Part shown: in pieces, positions 58,101 through 64,000 of the stretch
Position numbering within the stretch: position 1 is the stretch's first letter
Layout: each line of letters opens with the position of its first letter
DNA from: Ignavibacteriales bacterium
Lineage (GTDB): Bacteria > Bacillota_I > Bacilli_A > RF39 > UBA660
Direction: 5' to 3'
DNA length: 64,000 nucleotides
NCBI GenBank assembly: GCA_050259235.1
Contig: JBLNAG010000002.1
Location: forward strand, 88,893 to 152,892
Program-made: the position numbers and the translations under genes
Notes under the pieces: model-generated
What the model was told of the DNA's origin: nothing
What the model saw: only the letters and a program-made list of their open reading frames with translations
Database searches by the model: none

Positions 58101-59493
58101 AATCTTTAACCATATCATCTGTTATATGAGTAAATTTAGTAATATGTTCAGGTATTTTTCTACCAGGATTAATTAATTCATCAAATCTATCAATTATTTC
58201 TCCATCAGATATTTTTACAGCCCCAATTTCAATTAATGAGTCACCACTAGTAGCGTTAAAACCTGTTGTTTCAACGTCAAATACAACATAAGTAATACCC
58301 ATGATTGGTTTATCAGATGATCCGAATACAACATCAATTTGATCATCAATAACATTAAGTTCTGTACCATAAATTACTTTGATAGGATTTTCATTATCCT
58401 TATTTACTTTCTTGGCTGTCCCATATGCTTCAGGAAAAGATTGAACACTATTATGATCAGTTAAGGCAATTGCTTTATGTCCCCATTTAGAAGCCCTTTT
58501 AATTAATGCTTCAGCACTCACTAGTCCATCCATTTGACTCATAAAAGTATGAGTATGTAATTCTACTCTTTTAATCTCCTCATTATCTTTTATTACTTCA
58601 TCTTTACTCTTAATTTCTACTATATCTCTAGCATTTAAAACTAGATCTTTAGAGTATTGATCATTTTTAGTGTACCCTCTTATTTTAACCCATTTTCCAG
58701 CATTTAATTTTTTTGTTAATGCACTAAACTCATCACTATCCTTAGAAAACACTTTACAAAACATACTATCTGTATAATCACTTATTTTTAAGGTTAGTAT
58801 TTTAAAATTACTTTTAGATGATTCAAAAATATCTACACCAAAAATAAAACATTCAACAATAACATTATTATCTTCATAAGTAACATCTTTTATTTCATAA
58901 TTTTTTTCATTATCAAAATCAATTCCAAGAATTACTTTGGATTCAACTTCTTTTTTTGATTCAACAACTATCGTATTACGCATAGCTTCTATTTCAGCGA
59001 CTATCTCTTTTGATTTTTCCTCATTGATTTTAATATCTATTTCAATGTCACCATATCCAATACATTTAAAATCTTCTATTAAATTTTTACACACACTCTT
59101 CAATTTCATTTTTTCTGCTTTGTTGTTTACTTCAACAGTTAAAATATTATTTTCTAATATAATATTACTATCAACGAATGTCTTTAAAAGAGGATATTTA
59201 ACACTATATTGATTTATTAAGTTATTAAAGTACTCAATTAATTTACTATCATCAAATTTTTCTACACAAAAAATTGGTTTAACAATTTCAAATTGATTAA
59301 ACCCTTGTTTAAGTAATTCACAAAATTGATTGTAAATGTCAACTGGTAATAGATTAGTTAATGTAATATGGAAGTAATAACTACTTTCTTTCTTTTTACC
59401 TTCTATTTTATTTAATGTGGCATCTTCAAAATATTTATGATCCTCTATATTCATATTAATTTTTTCTAATAATAATTTCATTTTCTCTTGCAT
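55174..59493 (-). CDS. polC: DNA polymerase III PolC-type (Gram-positive replicative polymerase)
   Basis: 1439 aa. PHP HTHTFMSQMDG. Embedded DnaQ-like exonuclease VVFDVETTGF...YDAEAT. Polymerase core. GGGTGG RBS. Confidence 0.9.
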   Translation of the reverse strand: MQEKMKLLLEKINMNIEDHKYFEDATLNKIEGKKKESSYYFHITLTNLLPVDIYNQFCELLKQGFNQFEIVKPIFCVEKFDDSKLIEYFNNLINQYSVKYPLLKTFVDSNIILENNILTVEVNNKAEKMKLKSVCKNLIEDFKCIGYGDIEIDIKINEEKSKEIVAEIEAMRNTIVVESKKEVESKVILGIDFDNEKNYEIKDVTYEDNNVIVECFIFGVDIFESSKSNFKILTLKISDYTDSMFCKVFSKDSDEFSALTKKLNAGKWVKIRGYTKNDQYSKDLVLNARDIVEIKSKDEVIKDNEEIKRVELHTHTFMSQMDGLVSAEALIKRASKWGHKAIALTDHNSVQSFPEAYGTAKKVNKDNENPIKVIYGTELNVIDDQIDVVFGSSDKPIMGITYVVFDVETTGFNATSGDSLIEIGAVKISDGEIIDRFDELINPGRKIPEHITKFTHITDDMVKDCRNEEEVTKTFKEWIGDLPLVAHNAKFDRSFLSSVYSRYNLGELVNPIIDTMQLSRILNPDEAKHNLSVVTKRYDVQFDEESHHRADYDAEATAIVLSKMLRILSARGVEVINDLNKIMTKEDIFKFGSMYHITILAKNNIGIKNLYKLISDANTKYLFKTPRILKSQVDSLREGLLIGSSCANGEVFNRARSVSDDELGNIMRFFDYIEVQPLDIYDHLIQLGEFNNEIELKNHVEKIIRVAEDNDLIVVATSDSHHLDKKDKIYREIIVNQKNPGGGLHPLNKKSIRSIPSFHLRTTKEMLEAFSFLDESLRNKIVIENTNLIADMVENVKIIKNEKEPYTPIFEGSDKEVTEMVNKRAHEVYGEVLPEIVEARIKQELDSIIGHGFDVIYLIAQKLVKKSNDDGYLVGSRGSVGSSFAATMMGITEVNPLPAHYVCPNCKTSIFELNGVPLGKDYASGYDLPDRKCTCGTKMKKEGQDMPFATFLGFDGDKVPDIDLNFSGEYQARAHAYTKELFGPEYVYRAGTIGTVADKTAYGFVKGYSEDRGIMIRNAEVERLALGCTGVKRTTGQHPGGIVVIPNYMDVFDFTPYQYPADDRDAAWYTTHFDFHAIHDYVLKLDILGHDDPTVLRMLQDISGLDMKEIPFDDKGVLSLFSSTEALGITKEQIECEVGTYGVPEFGTDFVIGMLKDTRPKSFAELVKVSGLSHGTDVWLNNAKDLIDQKVIQFDEVIGCRDDIMVYLIYQGLKPIDAFKIMEFVRKGKPTADPEGWIKFDNIMREGKIADWYIESCRRIKYMFPKAHATAYVMMALRVAWFKVYRAIEYYSAFFSVRCFDFDIEAMIKGYNAIKERINDIRNKGYDASNKENSILDVLKSALEMSARGYSFANIDLYKSDSTKFLIDEDNKTLIPPFRTIDGLGGTVAMKIVEEREKGSFLSIEDLQKRGKVSGTLIDKMRAMGILDGMPESSQLTLF

Positions 59494-59548
59494 ACTACCA
59501 CCCTATATTCATTGTACCAAAAATATGAATATTATTAAATGGTTATTA

Positions 59549-59573
59549 CAAAAAAAACTACAATCTTGTAGTT
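59549..59573 (-). terminator. rho-independent terminator after prmC
   Basis: aactacaa-tc-ttgtagtt hairpin overlapping the stop at 59575. An A7 run on the plus strand gives U7 on the transcript. Confidence 0.5.
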
Positions 59574-59574
59574 T

Positions 59575-60363
59575 TTAATTACTTATAAAGATAAATGCAA
59601 AACGATCACGATTTTGTAAGTCTTTTTCAATTACAACTTTAGCATCTTTCAAATATTTACTCGCTAACTCTTTGACCATTTTACCTTGTTTATTACCTAT
59701 TTCAAGAGCAATCATACCCTTAGGTTTCAAGTAATTATTTACATTCCTTAGAATATTTTCAATTACTTCTAAGCCATCATTATTAGCATATAAAGCAATA
59801 TTAGGCTCATTTTTTTTAACAATATCCATTACATCATCATTAACACTTAAATATGGAGGATTACTAATAATTAAATCATATTTTTTAGTTAATGTAGAAA
59901 ATAAATCTCCTAAATAATAATTAATAGAAACATTGTTGATCTTAGCATTATTTTTTGCTACTTCTAAAGCTTTATCTGAAATATCAACTGCATCTACTTT
60001 TGAATTAGGAAATGTTTTTTGTAAAGTAATAGCTATACAACCACTACCAGTTCCCAAATCAACAATATCAATATCATGGTTAAAATAATCATTAATATAC
60101 TCAACTGTTTTTTCGATTAATTCTTCTGTTTCAAATCTAGGTATTAAGACATTAGAATTAACATTAAAAATGTTACCATAAAAATCAACATTCCCTATTA
60201 CATATTGAATAGGTATACCACTTAATAACTTTTCAATACCATCCTTATAATTATTTACATCATCAATATATTGGAATAAATAATTTGCTAAATAATTTGC
60301 TTCTTCCTCATTCACAATTTCTTTTAATTTATTTATACCATAATTTATTAACTCTTTATTCAC
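59575..60363 (-). CDS. prmC: release factor glutamine N5-methyltransferase
   Basis: VDLGTGSGCIAI SAM motif. NPPY catalytic motif (LIISNPPYL). Overlaps prfA by 8 nt. Confidence 0.85.
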   Translation of the reverse strand: MNKELINYGINKLKEIVNEEEANYLANYLFQYIDDVNNYKDGIEKLLSGIPIQYVIGNVDFYGNIFNVNSNVLIPRFETEELIEKTVEYINDYFNHDIDIVDLGTGSGCIAITLQKTFPNSKVDAVDISDKALEVAKNNAKINNVSINYYLGDLFSTLTKKYDLIISNPPYLSVNDDVMDIVKKNEPNIALYANNDGLEVIENILRNVNNYLKPKGMIALEIGNKQGKMVKELASKYLKDAKVVIEKDLQNRDRFAFIFISN

Positions 60364-61411
60364 CTTTTAACTTACGTACTTGGTCTTCATTAATCAATGC
60401 TTCGATTATTTCTTCCAAGTCTCCCTCCATAACACGATCCAATTGTTTAATAGTAAAACCAATACGATGATCAGTAATTCTATTTTGTGGATAGTTATAT
60501 GTTCTTATTTTTTCACTACGGTCACCAGTACCAATTTTACTCTTTCTTTCATTTCCAAGTTGTTCTTCTTTTTTTCTTAATTCATTTTCATAAATACGAG
60601 TTCTAAGCATTTGCATAGCACTTTCCTTATTTTGAATTTGACTTCTTTCATTTTGACAAGTAACTACCGTACCAGTTGGAATATGAGTAATTCTTACAGC
60701 ACTATCAGTTGTATTAACACCTTGGCCACCACAACCACCACTACGATAAACATCAATTCTTAAATCATTTGGTTTAATTTCAAGATCAAATTCTTCAGCT
60801 TCAGGCATAACTAAAACAGTAGCCGTAGAAGTATGAACTCTTCCTTGAGTTTCTGTTTCTGGGACCCTTTGAACACGATGAGCACCACTTTCATACTTCA
60901 TTTTTGCGTAAACCTTTTTCCCCTTAATCAAGAATTCAACTTGTGAAAAACCACCAGAAGCTCCATATTCCTCATTAAGTCTTTCAATTTTCCAACCTTG
61001 ACCTTCAGCATACTTAGTATACATACGATATAAATCTCCAGCAAAGATATTAGCTTCATCTCCACCTGCTGCACCTCTAATTTCCACGATAACGTTTTTA
61101 CCGTCCATTGGATCTTGTGGTAGTAGCATAACCTCGATGTCCTTTTCAATTTGTTGGAACTTTTCATTTAATTCTACTAACTCTTCTTTAGCCATTTCAC
61201 CTAAATCATGATCATTAACCATTTGTTTAGTATCATCAATGCTCTTTTCTACTTTTTTATATTCTTGAAAAGCATCAAAAAGATCACGAATATTAGCTTG
61301 TTCCTTAGATAATTGCGTTGTTTTTTTAATATCCGCAATTACTTCTGGTTTCATTAATTCTTCATTTAATTCATTATATCTTTTTTCTATATTTGTTAGT
61401 CTATCTAACAT
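60356..61411 (-). CDS. prfA: peptide chain release factor 1
   Basis: GGQ motif (SGGCGGQGVNTTDSAVRITHIPTG). RF1-type P-x-T tripeptide region (RVPETETQGRVHTS). Start reset to the ATG at 61411 (MLDRL...) with a GGGTGA RBS; the track ORF starts at an upstream TTG. Confidence 0.85.
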   Translation of the reverse strand: MLDRLTNIEKRYNELNEELMKPEVIADIKKTTQLSKEQANIRDLFDAFQEYKKVEKSIDDTKQMVNDHDLGEMAKEELVELNEKFQQIEKDIEVMLLPQDPMDGKNVIVEIRGAAGGDEANIFAGDLYRMYTKYAEGQGWKIERLNEEYGASGGFSQVEFLIKGKKVYAKMKYESGAHRVQRVPETETQGRVHTSTATVLVMPEAEEFDLEIKPNDLRIDVYRSGGCGGQGVNTTDSAVRITHIPTGTVVTCQNERSQIQNKESAMQMLRTRIYENELRKKEEQLGNERKSKIGTGDRSEKIRTYNYPQNRITDHRIGFTIKQLDRVMEGDLEEIIEALINEDQVRKLKGE

Positions 61412-61495
61412 ATTATCACCCTTCAATCACTAAAAATTATACTATATAAATATAAAATAAGCAATAAATTCCTTTCAAATTAAAAGAAGGAAGTA

Positions 61496-61939
61496 TTAAC
61501 TTTCTTCTATTTCATCTTCAGAAACAATTGATAGATCTTCTATTTCTTCTTCATTTTCATCTAAATCATCATCAATGATACTATCAATATCTTCTTCATC
61601 AGCATCTAGTTCTTCTTCTTCTTCATCTTCTTCTTCATCTTCTTCTAAAATATCTTCTATTTCTTCTTCATCTTCAATAACTAAAGGGATAACATGATTA
61701 TCTCTTAAGTCCCATTCAGCAGATTCTAATAGAATAAATCTTCTATCTGTTGTTAAAGAAGTGTAATAATCTCCTACTTTTGCTGTATAATCAGCATCCG
61801 TATAATCTAATAAATCACATATAATTCTAAAAATACTTGGTGTATTCATTGGTTTCTTATTTTCTTTTAATATAATTTCTGTTAAATCTGTGTAAGATAA
61901 TAAATCTAATTCTTCTTTGCTCATATCTTCTAATCTCAT
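61496..61939 (-). CDS. rpoE: DNA-directed RNA polymerase delta subunit
   Basis: 147 aa. N-terminal HARE-HTH-like domain. C-terminal 60 aa almost purely D/E (EEEDEEEEELDADEEDID...). AGGAGG RBS 8 nt upstream. Confidence 0.7.
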   Translation of the reverse strand: MRLEDMSKEELDLLSYTDLTEIILKENKKPMNTPSIFRIICDLLDYTDADYTAKVGDYYTSLTTDRRFILLESAEWDLRDNHVIPLVIEDEEEIEDILEEDEEEDEEEEELDADEEDIDSIIDDDLDENEEEIEDLSIVSEDEIEES

Positions 61940-61950
61940 ATTTTTTCCTC

Positions 61951-63627
61951 CTACATTTTGTTTAATACTTCTATTCCTAATATGCGCATACCTTCTTTTA
62001 ATACAATTGCGGTACTTTCACATATAAGGAGTTTGAATTCTGAATTATTTTCATCAGTATCAATTATTTTTTCATTAGCATATAACTTGTTAAAGTCTTG
62101 TGCTATATCAATAAGATATTTGGCCAATTCAGACGGATCATAATTAATTTTCGCCTTATATATAATATCAGAAAATTCATATAATTTAAATATTATATTC
62201 CACATATATTCATTTACTACTAATTTATCATAATCTATATTAATATTTTTCTTGTGTTCTAATAATGAATTAATACGAGCATATGTATATTGAACATAAG
62301 GACCAGTATTTCCTTCAAATTTTAAAGTATCTTCTAAGTTAAATTCAATATCATTAGTACGGTAATTCTTTAAATCATTAAATATAACCGCACCTACACC
62401 AATCTTACGACTTACTTCATCTTTATTTTCTAAGTTTGGACTCTTTTCTTCAATATATTTTTTTGCTAATTCAATAGATTCAACTAAGACATCATGTAGT
62501 TTAACACTCTTACCTTGTCTCGTTGACATCTTTTTACCACCTTGAAGAACCATTCCAAAATTAATGTGATGAATATCTTTACTCCATTCATAACCCATTT
62601 TTAATAAAACTGCTTTTAACTGATTAAAGTGCAATTGTTGTTCATTACCAACTACATATAAAGCTTCATCAAAATGGTATCTATTTTTACGATCAATAGC
62701 AGCGGCTAAATCACGAGTAATATATAAGGTTGCTCCATCACTTCTTTTTATAAGAGCTGGGATTAAATCATCCCCTAATCTTACAATCTTAGCACCATCA
62801 TCTAATTCCAATAAATTTTTCTTTTCTAATTCTTCAACAATTGGTTCCATCTTATCATTATAGTAAGATTCACCATCATATGAATCAAAATTATCTACTC
62901 CAAGAAGAGTATATGTCTTATTGAAATCTTTTAAAGATACTTCTCTAAATCTTTTCCACAATTCATAGTATTCTTGATTCCCATCTTCTAGTTCTTTAAA
63001 AATTCTTCTTCCTTCATCATCTAATTTAGAATCTTTTTCGGCTTCTTCATGGAACTTAACATAGATTCTTTTTAATTCATCTAGAGGGCTTTTTTCTAGT
63101 TCTTCTTCATTTCCCCATTTTTTATAAGCATAAATTAATTTACCAAATTGTGTTCCATAATCACCTAAATAATTAATTCCAAATACTTTATAACCATTTT
63201 TAAGACAAATATTTTTTAATGCACTACCAATAACAGTACTTCTTAAATGCCCTACTCCAAATGGTTTAGCAATATTAGGCGCTGAATAATCTATTACAAC
63301 CATTTTACCGTCACCTATGTGATTGCTCCCATAATTTTCCCTTTCGGTAATAATTGTCTTTAATATTTGTTTAGACATTTCCTTTTTATTTACAAATATG
63401 TTTAAATATCCGTTAACAGCTTCTACTTCATATCCTTTTAAGTTTTCTTTGATATATAATGCTATATCATTAGGACTCTTATGCATAACTTTTGCAAACG
63501 TAAAACATGGTAACGCATAATCAGCCATTTTTCTATCTTTTGGTTTCTCAATAATAATATCATCGATATTTACATATTCTTTCATTATTTCATAAATATC
63601 ATTTTTAATTTTTTCTTTTATATTCAC
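61951..63627 (-). CDS. argS: arginyl-tRNA synthetase
   Basis: 558 aa. HIGH-class region PNIAKPFGVGHLRST. KMSKS-like KKMSTRQGK. C-terminal DALR anticodon-binding domain. Confidence 0.9.
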   Translation of the reverse strand: MNIKEKIKNDIYEIMKEYVNIDDIIIEKPKDRKMADYALPCFTFAKVMHKSPNDIALYIKENLKGYEVEAVNGYLNIFVNKKEMSKQILKTIITERENYGSNHIGDGKMVVIDYSAPNIAKPFGVGHLRSTVIGSALKNICLKNGYKVFGINYLGDYGTQFGKLIYAYKKWGNEEELEKSPLDELKRIYVKFHEEAEKDSKLDDEGRRIFKELEDGNQEYYELWKRFREVSLKDFNKTYTLLGVDNFDSYDGESYYNDKMEPIVEELEKKNLLELDDGAKIVRLGDDLIPALIKRSDGATLYITRDLAAAIDRKNRYHFDEALYVVGNEQQLHFNQLKAVLLKMGYEWSKDIHHINFGMVLQGGKKMSTRQGKSVKLHDVLVESIELAKKYIEEKSPNLENKDEVSRKIGVGAVIFNDLKNYRTNDIEFNLEDTLKFEGNTGPYVQYTYARINSLLEHKKNINIDYDKLVVNEYMWNIIFKLYEFSDIIYKAKINYDPSELAKYLIDIAQDFNKLYANEKIIDTDENNSEFKLLICESTAIVLKEGMRILGIEVLNKM

Positions 63628-63998
63628 TCTATCTCCTCAAATCTTGTTTCAAACGTAAATAATCCTATTTCTTCGTTATTGATTACTAATTCATATTCAG
63701 TATAAATACTATTATTAGTAATTTTTAGGATATTCGTTTTAATTTTTATTTCTAAATTTCCTACTCCCTTAATAAAATATGTACCTATTGTTTCATTAGT
63801 TACATCCAATATTAATGTTAGTTCTGAATCTTCATTTTTTCTTATAATTGTGACTACATCTTCAATCCGAATTAAAACATCGGTATTATCTTCTTTATAT
63901 ATTAACTCATTCCGCTTTTTTATACCTTCTAAATTATGCACTATATCATTAATTTCTTCAGGGTTTCTTAGCGAAGTCTGTACCATAATTTTACTCAT
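63624..63998 (-). CDS. DUF1934-family protein (YwiB-like, conserved partner of argS)
   Basis: 124 aa beta-rich protein immediately upstream of and overlapping argS, as in many Firmicutes. Confidence 0.5.
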   Translation of the reverse strand: MSKIMVQTSLRNPEEINDIVHNLEGIKKRNELIYKEDNTDVLIRIEDVVTIIRKNEDSELTLILDVTNETIGTYFIKGVGNLEIKIKTNILKITNNSIYTEYELVINNEEIGLFTFETRFEEIE

Positions 63999-64000
63999 TT

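Noticed and set aside
60285-61167. Small ORFs on both strands within prfA/prmC (60285..60470, 60380..60580, 60928..61167)
   Set aside because: Nested in highly conserved RF1 and PrmC reading frames, with no independent support.
1-64000. CRISPR arrays, rRNA genes, transposases or IS elements, toxin-antitoxin pairs and antibiotic-resistance cargo
   Set aside because: No regularly spaced short direct repeats, no rRNA-like GC-rich conserved blocks, no DDE or serine-recombinase-like ORFs, and no resistance motifs were seen on either strand.
1-64000. Possibility of a Mollicutes-type genetic code (UGA=Trp) given the very low GC
   Set aside because: All long ORFs are continuous under the standard table. 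prfA (RF1) and sporulation/germination genes are present. polC, serS and argS are read full-length without UGA suppression.

Overview
This is an AT-rich (~28% GC) chromosomal window from an endospore-forming Firmicute (Clostridia/Erysipelotrichia-like). The evidence is the Gram-positive-type polC, the RNA polymerase delta subunit rpoE, and two GerA-family germinant-receptor operons. Nearly every gene is on the minus strand. The right 36 kb (28.4-64 kb) is ordinary core genome: tRNA-Leu(CAA), scpB-scpA, the ger operons, rluD-like, dapF, a U32 peptidase, mscS, rlmD, serS with a probable T-box leader, a GNAT, polA, a 552-aa prepilin-fused protein, polC, prmC-prfA, rpoE, argS and a DUF1934 protein. 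The left 27 kb (about 0.5-27.7 kb, ending next to the tRNA-Leu) is an accessory block and the most interesting part. It starts with two tandem paralogous giant Cys-rich secreted proteins (1176 and 1060 aa) whose final 112 bp are identical. Then comes a co-oriented, tightly packed gene string joining a complete Tad/Flp-pilus-like module to a Gram-positive conjugation-type T4SS module. The Tad-like module has a TadE/G-like protein, CpaB-like, a TadA/CpaF ATPase, TadB-like, TadC-like, an Flp-like pilin, two TadE/F-like pseudopilins and a TadZ-like protein. The T4SS module has two small two-TM proteins, a VirB6-like protein, a VirB3-like protein, a VirB4 ATPase, an M23+NlpC/P60 cell-wall hydrolase, a lipoprotein and a VirD4/TraG coupling protein. 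I saw no relaxase, integrase, prepilin peptidase or resistance cargo anywhere in the window. The block may therefore be a non-canonical (Tad-assisted) T4SS, or an ICE whose relaxase and integrase lie beyond the left edge. All functional calls rest on motifs and topology read by eye and need HMM/BLAST confirmation.
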